This document shows positions 18,846-27,674 of a stretch of 44,071 nt of DNA, piece after piece. This DNA is from an uncultured Pirellulales bacterium (GTDB lineage: Bacteria > Planctomycetota > Phycisphaerae > Sedimentisphaerales > Anaerobacaceae). Position 1 is the stretch's first letter. The number at the start of each line of letters is the position of its first letter. The notes beneath the pieces are model-generated. The model worked only from the letters and a program-made list of their open reading frames with translations, ran no database searches and was not told where the DNA came from. A program made the position numbers and the translations under genes. The stretch spans positions 1 through 44,071 of the forward strand of contig CAZGGE010000004.1 of assembly GCA_964524285.1 (NCBI GenBank), written 5' to 3'.

Positions 18846-20540
18846 CTAAAACCGGCCGCTTCGTATAATCGATACTAAAAGCCACAATCCCATAACGGCG
18901 GCTATTATATAACCGAGAACACCGAGCGATTGCAGTCTCATCAAGCCAAGAACAGTTCCCTCCTGGGGGACTAACAAACTGGAGCCGACGAGTAAAGCCG
19001 CAATAATTAACGAAAAGCTGATACGGCTCGAGCTTTTGTCGATTTTCTGAGCGAGGTTTTCAAGGTGTTCATGGTGAACGCGAACCTGAAATTTGCCGTG
19101 CTGGAATTTGCTGAGGATGGAGTTTACTTCCTCGGGCAGTTTTGTAACAAGTTCGCCGGCGTCGGAGACGGCCCTGCGGGCGTTGCGCATAAATTCTTTG
19201 GTGTTGAATTGGGGCAAACTGAATCTTCGTGCATAGGGCTTTAGAAAATCCATTATTTCAAAGCCCGGATACAGGGACTTTGCGAATGATTCCATGGTGA
19301 GCATTGCCTTTAGCATAAGAGTAAACTGAGCGGGAGGGTGCACGTTATGTCGGCGAACCAGGTCGAAAATATTCCTTACAACCTCATTAAAAGGGATGTC
19401 CTTTAGCGGCAGGTCCTGATAGGTATCCAGCAAAAGCTCCATATCTCTGGTAAGCCTCTGCACATCCGTTTGCTCCGTGAACATCTCCATTTTTTCCATC
19501 TCTCGCAGCATCCGGGCGGGGTCGGCATCCACGACGGAAAGAAGGATTTCATTTAATAGCCGCCTGTCCTGAGAAGACAATCTTGCCGCCTGTCCGAAAT
19601 CAATAGGTACCAGTATATTATGACCTATTATGAAGAAATTTCCAGGATGCGGGTCGGTGTGAAAGAATCCGAATTCAAAAATTTGGCGAAGGACAAAATC
19701 AGCACCGCGTTTTGCTATTTCAATTGGGTCGTGTCCCGCTTCTTTCAGAACGTTGACATCGCCCGGCCTGAGGCCGTCAATATACTCCATGGCAAGAACA
19801 CCTTCGGAGCAATACTTATCGAAGACTTCAGGGATGTGCACAGTTTCGTCCAGTGCGAAGCTTCGCAAAAAGCGCATTTGATTACGGCGTTCATTTGTAA
19901 GATCGACCTCCATAGTAACGGCTTCGGTAAACTCTGCGACCATTTTCTGGGGATCGATGGTTTGGTTTTCGAAGAGTGTAGCTTTTAATAATCCGGCTAA
20001 ATCCTGAAGGATAGCACATTCGGCCTGGATTCTTTCCGTTATTTTGGGTCGTCTTATCTTTACTACTACGGAATTTCCCTGATGTGTTACGGCTCTATGG
20101 ACCTGGGCAATACTGCCGGCGGCCAGTGGCTCGGAATCAAATTCGGCGAATAGTTCATCAACGGTTCCGCCTAATTCACGTTCAAGCTCTGAAATAATGC
20201 CCTCGCTGCATTCGGGTGTAACCTGGTCCTGAAGCTGTTCCAGTTCTTTGATATATTCGTGAGGAATCAGGTCGGGGCGTGTGCTCAAAAGTTGCCCCAG
20301 CTTTATGAACGTTGGTCCGAGTTCCTCGAGAGCAAGCCGGACACGAACGGCTCTGCTTCGTCCAACGGCAGCGGGTTCTACCTGAGAGGGTATAGTTTTC
20401 TCACCAAGACGAAAGCTGAGCCGGCTTCGAAGGGCATTCGCCACTTCCTCGAAACCGTATTTCATCAGCACTACCATGATATGGCGGTACCGTCGCACAC
20501 GCTGTAAGGTGTGCCCGAAATTGCGCCTCGCCGGCGTCAA
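18846..20540 (-). CDS. ABC1/UbiB-family atypical protein kinase with C-terminal TM helices
   Basis: ABC1 blocks: FIKLGQLLSTRPDLIPHEYIKEL, PLAAGSIAQVHRA, FHTDPHPGNF, and DFG. There are two C-terminal hydrophobic helices. TTG start directly abuts the upstream stop (TAATTG junction). Confidence 0.88.
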   Translation of the reverse strand: MTPARRNFGHTLQRVRRYRHIMVVLMKYGFEEVANALRSRLSFRLGEKTIPSQVEPAAVGRSRAVRVRLALEELGPTFIKLGQLLSTRPDLIPHEYIKELEQLQDQVTPECSEGIISELERELGGTVDELFAEFDSEPLAAGSIAQVHRAVTHQGNSVVVKIRRPKITERIQAECAILQDLAGLLKATLFENQTIDPQKMVAEFTEAVTMEVDLTNERRNQMRFLRSFALDETVHIPEVFDKYCSEGVLAMEYIDGLRPGDVNVLKEAGHDPIEIAKRGADFVLRQIFEFGFFHTDPHPGNFFIIGHNILVPIDFGQAARLSSQDRRLLNEILLSVVDADPARMLREMEKMEMFTEQTDVQRLTRDMELLLDTYQDLPLKDIPFNEVVRNIFDLVRRHNVHPPAQFTLMLKAMLTMESFAKSLYPGFEIMDFLKPYARRFSLPQFNTKEFMRNARRAVSDAGELVTKLPEEVNSILSKFQHGKFQVRVHHEHLENLAQKIDKSSSRISFSLIIAALLVGSSLLVPQEGTVLGLMRLQSLGVLGYIIAAVMGLWLLVSIIRSGRF

Positions 20541-20834
20541 TTATTGCTCCTTCTGGAGAAGTTGGTCGAGCTTGCTTTCGAGGCGTTCGATGTCCTCTCG
20601 TGTAGCCAGGTCGAGCTTGCCGATGGTTTCTCGGACATGCTCCGAGACCACTTTGCCCAGATTTTCGCGGGTTTTGTCGGCTGTATCCATCATTTCTTTT
20701 ACAAACCCGCTTTTTGCTGTCTTTTGAGTTTTTCCTTTTTCAACGTATTCTTCAAAAATTTGCTCGGCGCGCTCCCGTGACATGGACATTGCCCCAAGAC
20801 CGGCGAGCATCAATTTGTCAATAGCTTCAAACAT
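20541..20834 (-). CDS. phasin-like small protein (PHA-granule regulator/COG3937-like)
   Basis: MFEAIDKLMLAGLGAMSMSRERAEQIFEEYVEKG plus a coiled-coil C-terminus. ATG 20834 lies downstream of AAGGAG. The longer 20909 start lacks an RBS. Confidence 0.65.
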   Translation of the reverse strand: MFEAIDKLMLAGLGAMSMSRERAEQIFEEYVEKGKTQKTAKSGFVKEMMDTADKTRENLGKVVSEHVRETIGKLDLATREDIERLESKLDQLLQKEQ

Positions 20835-21043
20835 AAGCAATCTCCTTAATAAATTTAAGATATCAATATGCGAGAAATTTCCAAACTTCAACCTGTCAAT
20901 CAATAACATATTATCAACAAAGCTCTAATGCCGCAAGGCATACCAGCAAAGTAAAATTCTTTAGTTTCCAACGGAAACGAGTAAACCTGCACCCCTCCGG
21001 TGAGAGATATTACGGACAGCAGGAACAGAGGTTTTACCGGAAC

Positions 21044-23440
21044 CTATTGCACTGTGCCGAGTTCGTATAACTGCTCGACCTCGGTTTGGCTCAGGGCTGT
21101 GCCGAATATCAACACTTCATCGATTTTGCCGTCAAAGTGAATATCACCTACACCGTCCGGACGCATACCTATGTACAAATCGCCTCTTTTATCACGTATT
21201 CCATTTACACTATCGCCGATGACACCGACCTGCCGGCCGTTCAGGTACAGTCTGGACCGTGAGCCGTCGAAGACTCCAACGATGTGATTCCAACCGCCAT
21301 CCAGGAGGCTTTCACTGAAATTTGAATTGCTGTGGTTTCCATTTTGATCGTATACCCAGAATCTCACTAAGTCGGTCGCACAGAATAGGATGTAATTATA
21401 TTTATGCTTCCAAATCAATCCTACACTCTCACCCAGATTTCCAAACCAGAACCACCCGGATACCGTAATTTGTGAGTGTGGGCTTAACGATATGCTGTCT
21501 GGTACACGGACAAAATCACTGCTTCCGTTAAAGTAAAAGGCGCCAACGAATTTTCCGTCAACATGTAAGAGGCTGGTGTTTCGTCCGGCTCTTCCGTTAT
21601 TTCGATAGATGCTGCTGTCGCGAACAAAGTTGTTGTCTGCATTATCGTCAAGGCTCCAGTGGGCGAGCTTGTAATCCATAAAGGTTGTCGTGTACCAGGT
21701 GCAGTTTTCAAGCCAGTCATGAGCAAAATATGTATAGTCTTTTATGTCGGCATCCCCGTCTCTTTGCAGGTCGGAGGGTAATTCGTTCTTTTGGCCAAGC
21801 CAGAAGCTCGACCATTCCTGCAGGTCTGTAAGTTCAACCTTTCCATTGTTGGTCAAATCACTAAGCAAAGACCATTCATGTGGTCCCAAACTTGTGGTTT
21901 TGGTGCCACTATAAACGCCTATGTTTATCCTTATATTTTCCGCCCAGATATTGTTTGGGTCATTTGGGACGGAAACCGGTTCGTCGTCGAGTGGTGAGCC
22001 TGGATTCCCGGCATCAATACATCTGCTTGTAACCTCATCCCATATCCAGACCTCGCGGACGCTGTTCCATCGCCACCCTTGGCTTTTCAGATGGTAATCC
22101 CCGTCTACCCAGAAATCATCGTCGGTATTGTCGGGTGTTCCATTTGGGTCCCAGTGGCAGGCTTGTACGAAACAGGGATCAACATCAAGATTTCCCAGCC
22201 CGGGCCAGCCGCCAACGATGTTGCTGTAGGTCGCACCGGTTGCAGGACTTCCGGAATCAAATATTTCCGGCAGGCCGTCATTCACGATGCAATTCATAAG
22301 GACCGGCCCGGCGTCCACGCCGAAATTCGCGATAGCGTTTGACCAATATCCGTAATTATCGACTAAACTGCAATTGACTATCTTTATATCGCTGTTGTCA
22401 CAAACAATTGCCCCGCCGTGCTCCAATGCGCTGTTGGCGGTGAAAAGGCATTTTCGGATTTGAGCATTTCCCTGCCCGTCGTATATTGCTCCTGCCATCC
22501 AGGCCTGATTTTGGCTGAGTATACTTCCTTCAATCTCCGTATCACTTATATCATCGGCGATAGCACCGCCCAGACCTTCCATCACCCAGTTGTTGTAGAA
22601 TTCGCAGTTGCGGACAGTTACCGTACTGTCGCTGTTATAAACTGCGCCGCCGAGGATTTCAGAACAGTTTTTTTTGAACTTGCACAGGGTCAAAACCACT
22701 ATGCTCTCAGTGGTGTAAATCGCGCCCCCTTCTGAGGCGGCTGAGTTTGTAATGAAGGATGACCCCGTAACCATCAGGTTGCTGTTTTTGCAGCAGATTC
22801 CGCCGCCTCTTTCGCATTGCTGATTGTGTCTGCTGAAAGTACATTCATATACGGACAGGCTACTTTGCATACTATACAAACCGCCTCCCTCCACAGCATT
22901 GTTATCCGAGAAATTACAGCCAACCACGGCCAGCCCGCTGTCTACGCAACAAATCGCTCCGCCATATTCACCCTGGCAGTTGTTTATTACACAATTCATT
23001 ATTGCGGGGTGTGAGTCATCGCATAAAACTCCTCCACCTGCGGAGTGCGTACCTGCATTAATGCTCTGGTTGGGGCCGTACCCGTTGCGTATAGTCAGGC
23101 CGTTAACAATCGAATCCGGCATCTCCTCGCTGTGAAAATAAAAACCCCGATGTGGACTGTTAGCATCTGATTCGCAATCAATGATAGTCCCTTCCACTAT
23201 GCAGGGATCGTGTGGGTCAAAACTTCGAACCACGATTCTCTTGCCGTTAAAATCGATATTTCTATTACCGCTGCCGGTATATATGCCCGGATAGACCGTA
23301 ATTGTGTCTCCGTTGTCCGCGTCATCTATAGCCGCCTGAATATTGTCAAAATCCGCTCCTGGTTCATCATCAACTGTGATTGTACGCCCGAGGCACGCTC
23401 CTGCGGCGATAAGCAAAGACAGAAAAAACATTCCCCGCAT
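21044..23440 (-). CDS. secreted right-handed beta-helix (PbH1) protein with dockerin-like EF-hand pair and C-terminal LamG/ConA-like domain
   Basis: ATG 23440 lies 8 nt after GAGGAGG, with signal peptide MRGMFFLSLLIAAGACLG. It has repeated N/C/G-rich PbH1-type turns (GGAICC, GGGLYS, GGGICC, GGAIYT, GGAVYN, GGAIVC). DLTNNGKVELTDL and DLQRDGDADIKDY lie at nt 21734-21862. The LamG-like tail contains LYLNGRQV...IDEVLIFGTALS. Confidence 0.8.
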   Translation of the reverse strand: MRGMFFLSLLIAAGACLGRTITVDDEPGADFDNIQAAIDDADNGDTITVYPGIYTGSGNRNIDFNGKRIVVRSFDPHDPCIVEGTIIDCESDANSPHRGFYFHSEEMPDSIVNGLTIRNGYGPNQSINAGTHSAGGGVLCDDSHPAIMNCVINNCQGEYGGAICCVDSGLAVVGCNFSDNNAVEGGGLYSMQSSLSVYECTFSRHNQQCERGGGICCKNSNLMVTGSSFITNSAASEGGAIYTTESIVVLTLCKFKKNCSEILGGAVYNSDSTVTVRNCEFYNNWVMEGLGGAIADDISDTEIEGSILSQNQAWMAGAIYDGQGNAQIRKCLFTANSALEHGGAIVCDNSDIKIVNCSLVDNYGYWSNAIANFGVDAGPVLMNCIVNDGLPEIFDSGSPATGATYSNIVGGWPGLGNLDVDPCFVQACHWDPNGTPDNTDDDFWVDGDYHLKSQGWRWNSVREVWIWDEVTSRCIDAGNPGSPLDDEPVSVPNDPNNIWAENIRINIGVYSGTKTTSLGPHEWSLLSDLTNNGKVELTDLQEWSSFWLGQKNELPSDLQRDGDADIKDYTYFAHDWLENCTWYTTTFMDYKLAHWSLDDNADNNFVRDSSIYRNNGRAGRNTSLLHVDGKFVGAFYFNGSSDFVRVPDSISLSPHSQITVSGWFWFGNLGESVGLIWKHKYNYILFCATDLVRFWVYDQNGNHSNSNFSESLLDGGWNHIVGVFDGSRSRLYLNGRQVGVIGDSVNGIRDKRGDLYIGMRPDGVGDIHFDGKIDEVLIFGTALSQTEVEQLYELGTVQ

Positions 23441-23713
23441 TTTATCAACCTCCTCAGAAAACAAATCTTCTCAACACATTTTACAAAATTGACAATAATA
23501 ATTCAACAAATAACAATCAAGGCTGCTGTATGCTGTATGTGGGTTTTAAGGTTAATTTGCGGCGTATATTGAAACAAAGGCTCAAGATGTGTTGCAAGCC
23601 TGTCCCTGTTGCTGTATCCTCACAGGCGAAAAAAAATCACAACGAAGATTTATTGACACATATAATATCAGGCAAGGAAAACGAATAAGGTTATAATTCA
23701 AAGGAGGCTGCGA

Positions 23714-26143
23714 GTGGGCAAATATATTTGCATACACGGGCATTTTTATCAGCCGCCCCGGGAAAATCCCTGGCTTGAAGATTTGGAATTGCAGGATTCC
23801 GCTTATCCTTATCACGACTGGAATACAAGGATTACCGATGAGTGCTACCGGCAAAATGCTGCTTCACGAATACTCCGGCCCGACCGTAAGATAGTAGACA
23901 TCGTTAACAATTATTCGAGTATCAGCTTCGATTTCGGCCCCACACTTCTTTACTGGCTGGAGACTCATGCAGGCGATGTCTACGAGAAAATTCTCGAGGC
24001 GGACAGAATCGGAAGCGAAAAGTTTTCCGGTCACGGTCCTGCTCTGGCACTGCCTTATAATCACATGATTCTTCCACTGGCCAACTCCAGGGATAAACAA
24101 ACACAGGTCATCTGGGGCATCAGGGACTTTAATATGCGGTTCGGCAGAAAGCCGGAAGGAATGTGGCTGCCCGAAACTGCGGTGGATTTGCCTACACTTG
24201 AGGTGCTCGCAGAGCAGGGCATAAATTTCACTATTCTCAGTCCACATCAGGCTGAAAAGATTCGCGAGAGGGGTTCAAAGAAATGGAAACAGGTCGATGA
24301 GCACTCATTGGACACGACTGCGGCTTATCTTTGTGAGTTGCCCTCCGGCAGGAAGATAAGCCTGTTCTTTTATGACGGCGGTCTTTCGCATGACGTTGCA
24401 TACGGAGGATTACTTCACAGCGGCGAGAACTTTGCCAACCGCCTGCTCAGTGCTTTTCCGCAAGGCGACAACTCAGCCGACCTGGTTCATATTGCCACGG
24501 ACGGAGAGTCATTCGGTCATCATCACCGCCATGGTGATATGGCACTGGCTTACTGTTTGCATCACATCAGGAGTAACAAGTTAGCGGAGATAACTATCTA
24601 TGCGGAGTATCTTGAAAAGTTCCCACCTGAGTACGAAGTTCAGATTCGAGAGAACAGTTCCTGGAGCTGTGTGCACGGCGTCGAGCGGTGGAGAAGCAAT
24701 TGCGGCTGTTGTGCGGACTCGGCAAGGTGCGGCGAGCAGCAATGGAGGGCGCCGCTGCGAAAGGCGATGGACTGGTTGAGGGACAAGCTGGCTGAAGTTT
24801 ACCAAACACAAATGGAAAGTTTCACCAAAGAGCCATGGAAAGTGAGAAACGAATACATCGAAGTTATAAACGAACGTTCGAAAGAAAACGTGAACGGTTT
24901 TTTGAAAGGTGCGGCCGAAAGAAAGCTGAATCAAGATGAAAAGATAAAATTTTTGAAGTTGATGGAAATGCAGCGCAACGCCATGTTAATGCACACAAGT
25001 TGTGGATGGTTTTTTGAAAGTATGTGGGGCATAGAAACGGTGCAGATTTTGCAGTATGCAGTCCGCGCGATGCAACTTTGCAATGAAGTTCACAAGGTCA
25101 ATTTTGAGCAGGAATTCAAGGAGATACTGGCGGAGGCCCAAATCAACTCAGGTTCTTTTTCAAACGGACGCCAGGTCTATGAGGCATACGTGCAGCCGGC
25201 ACAAATCGACCTTAACAGAGTCGCGGCGCATCTTGCATTAAGCTCGGTTTTCGAGAAATATGAAGGAGCAGAGGTCAAGGTTTATTGTTACCTCGCTGAG
25301 ATGCAGGACTTTCAAAGGGATGAAGCCGGCGTCCAGAGCCTGACCACGGCCAAAACAACTGTTCGCTCGCAAATCACGCTGGAAAGCAGTGAAATCGACT
25401 TTGCAGCTCTTTATCTGGGGGATCAGAATCTGTTCGCTGCGCTGGATGCTCACAACTCGGATGAAAAATTCGTCAAGCTGCGAGAAGGCTTGAGAAACGC
25501 TTTTGGAAAGGGAGATACCAATGAGGTGATACGTATGATGAACAAGTCGTTTGAGGTTCGCAACTATTCGCTTTCAGACCTTTTCAAGGATGAGCAGCGG
25601 CGGATTATGAATGAGGTGCTTACGAATACCTGGGAGGAGATAGAAAGCTCGTTTCGTCGCATATACGAACACAATTACGCCCTGATGCTCATGATAAGAA
25701 ACATGAATATGCCGCTTCCAAAAGCACTATCGACTCCCTGCGAGTTCGTGCTGAATAAAGATATAGAAAGGCAGATTCAGGCCGAGCACACCGACCTTAA
25801 GCAACTACACAGCCTCGCTGAAGAAGCTGCCAAATTAAGTCTTGACCTTGACCGTCAGACACTAAGGTTCCACGGTGCTCGTAAAATAAACGGATTTATG
25901 AAGAAGCTGGAAAAAAAACCCGAAGATACGGAACTGCTTTTGTTAATTGAAAAAACACTTGCGATACTGAAGGAAATAACGCCGGATATGGATTTGCAGA
26001 GTTCGCAGAACGTTTTTTTTACGCTTGGCCGGGCGAAATACGCTGAAATGAAAAGTAAAGCCGAGTCCGGAAAAAAGAAAGCAGCCAGGTGGGTTACTTA
26101 CTTTGAGAATCTGGCTCAGCATCTGGGTTTGGCGGTCCCGTGA
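23714..26143 (+). CDS. glycoside hydrolase family 57 protein with long C-terminal (DUF3536-like) region
   Basis: N-terminus ICIHGHFYQPPRENPW is the GH57 hallmark. WLPETAV and TDGESFGHH are also present. GTG start lies 6 nt after AAGGAGG (23701-23707). Confidence 0.85.
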   Translation: MGKYICIHGHFYQPPRENPWLEDLELQDSAYPYHDWNTRITDECYRQNAASRILRPDRKIVDIVNNYSSISFDFGPTLLYWLETHAGDVYEKILEADRIGSEKFSGHGPALALPYNHMILPLANSRDKQTQVIWGIRDFNMRFGRKPEGMWLPETAVDLPTLEVLAEQGINFTILSPHQAEKIRERGSKKWKQVDEHSLDTTAAYLCELPSGRKISLFFYDGGLSHDVAYGGLLHSGENFANRLLSAFPQGDNSADLVHIATDGESFGHHHRHGDMALAYCLHHIRSNKLAEITIYAEYLEKFPPEYEVQIRENSSWSCVHGVERWRSNCGCCADSARCGEQQWRAPLRKAMDWLRDKLAEVYQTQMESFTKEPWKVRNEYIEVINERSKENVNGFLKGAAERKLNQDEKIKFLKLMEMQRNAMLMHTSCGWFFESMWGIETVQILQYAVRAMQLCNEVHKVNFEQEFKEILAEAQINSGSFSNGRQVYEAYVQPAQIDLNRVAAHLALSSVFEKYEGAEVKVYCYLAEMQDFQRDEAGVQSLTTAKTTVRSQITLESSEIDFAALYLGDQNLFAALDAHNSDEKFVKLREGLRNAFGKGDTNEVIRMMNKSFEVRNYSLSDLFKDEQRRIMNEVLTNTWEEIESSFRRIYEHNYALMLMIRNMNMPLPKALSTPCEFVLNKDIERQIQAEHTDLKQLHSLAEEAAKLSLDLDRQTLRFHGARKINGFMKKLEKKPEDTELLLLIEKTLAILKEITPDMDLQSSQNVFFTLGRAKYAEMKSKAESGKKKAARWVTYFENLAQHLGLAVP

Positions 26144-26169
26144 TTGACCGAGATTAAAGGGATTTTTGA

Positions 26170-27666
26170 ATGTTAAGCAGTCGTAGTAGTGGAATATTGT
26201 TGCATATAAGCTCGTTGCCCGGTGAATATGGTATTGGCGACTTCGGGGCGCCTGCCGATAAATTCGTTAAATTTCTAAAGAATGCGGGGCAAACCTGCTG
26301 GCAGATGCTGCCGCTCAATTACATTACGGCCGGAAATCGATTTTCTCCTTACAAATGTTTGTCCGCTTTTGCGGGAAATCCTTTGTTTGTAAGTCCACAA
26401 TTGCTTCGGCGGGACGGCCTGCTGTCCAAAAAACACCTCGAAGAAAGACCCAAATTCAGCAGGGATTACACCGACTACAAAAAGGTCGAATCATATAAAT
26501 CAACGCTTTTCGATATTGCCTTTGCCAATTTCAGCAAAACCAAAAAACCTGTTGATTATGCTGCTTTTGTAAAAAGAAACAGTTTCTGGCTGGAGGAATT
26601 TTCGCTATTTCTTGCATTGAAGCAGCGCTTCAAAAATCGAATATGGTGCGACTGGCCTGTCGATATAAGGGATAGAAAAAAACAAGCTTTGAAAGAAGCA
26701 GGGAAAGATTTGGACAGGCAAATAAAGAAAGAGAAGTTTTTACAGTATATTTTTTATAAGCAATACATTTCTTTGAAAAGGCGATGCAACCGTAAAGGGA
26801 TACAAATCTTCGGCGACCTCCCCATCTATGTGGCATACGACAGTGCCGACGTGTGGTCGGCTCCGGAAATGTTCAAACTGGCAAGCGACAAAAAACCTGA
26901 GTATATCGCCGGTGTTCCTCCGGATTATTTCAGCCGAACAGGCCAGTTATGGGGTAATCCGGTTTATAACTGGAAACGTCTAAAGGCAAGGGGTTATCAA
27001 TGGTGGATACGCCGCCTTGAACATAATTTGCAGCTTTTCGATATTTTGCGTATCGACCATTTTCGGGGATTTGTGGCTTATTGGCAAGTGCCCGCCGGCA
27101 GCAAAACCGCTACCAAAGGCCGGTGGATTAAAGCACCCGCAGAGGATTTCTTTAATACGGTGTTAAAGCAGATGCCTTCAGCACAAATCGTTGCCGAGGA
27201 CCTCGGACAGATTACGCCGGATGTCAGAGAAATTATAAATAAGTTCAACTTTCCGTGCATGAAGGTTTTGCATTTTGCTTTTGACGGCGAGCCAAAGAAG
27301 AATACTCATCTCCCTCATAATCACGTCAAAAACTGTGTGGTTTATACCGGCACTCACGATAACAATACTACAAGGGGTTGGTTCAAAAAAGAACTTAATC
27401 GGAAACAAAAACAACGACTGTCGGATTATCTCGGCCGAAAGCCCTCTGAGAAAAATGTTCACCGCCGGATGATACGGCTTGCCATGTCGTCTGTGGCAAA
27501 CCTTGTAATAATCCCAATGCAGGATATCCTCGGGTTGGACGGGAAAACGCGGATGAACAATCCTGCACTTACACGGGGAAACTGGCGATACCGAATGTTA
27601 AGACTGCCCGACAGCGGCGTTATTAAGGATTTGAAAAACATAACATTTACCTATGGGCGAAGTTGA
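26170..27666 (+). CDS. malQ: 4-alpha-glucanotransferase (amylomaltase, GH77)
   Basis: SGILLHISSLPGEYGIGDFG, LRIDHFRGF, VAEDLG, and YTGTHDNNT are GH77 catalytic-region blocks. Confidence 0.92.
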   Translation: MLSSRSSGILLHISSLPGEYGIGDFGAPADKFVKFLKNAGQTCWQMLPLNYITAGNRFSPYKCLSAFAGNPLFVSPQLLRRDGLLSKKHLEERPKFSRDYTDYKKVESYKSTLFDIAFANFSKTKKPVDYAAFVKRNSFWLEEFSLFLALKQRFKNRIWCDWPVDIRDRKKQALKEAGKDLDRQIKKEKFLQYIFYKQYISLKRRCNRKGIQIFGDLPIYVAYDSADVWSAPEMFKLASDKKPEYIAGVPPDYFSRTGQLWGNPVYNWKRLKARGYQWWIRRLEHNLQLFDILRIDHFRGFVAYWQVPAGSKTATKGRWIKAPAEDFFNTVLKQMPSAQIVAEDLGQITPDVREIINKFNFPCMKVLHFAFDGEPKKNTHLPHNHVKNCVVYTGTHDNNTTRGWFKKELNRKQKQRLSDYLGRKPSEKNVHRRMIRLAMSSVANLVIIPMQDILGLDGKTRMNNPALTRGNWRYRMLRLPDSGVIKDLKNITFTYGRS

Positions 27667-27674
27667 GCATCGTT

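Noticed and set aside
23640-23700. TTGACA (23653-23658) and TATAAT (23661-23666, 23692-23697) hexamers upstream of the GH57 gene as a sigma70 promoter
   Set aside because: The hexamer spacings (2 nt or 33 nt) do not fit a -35/-10 pair, so these were not reported as a feature.
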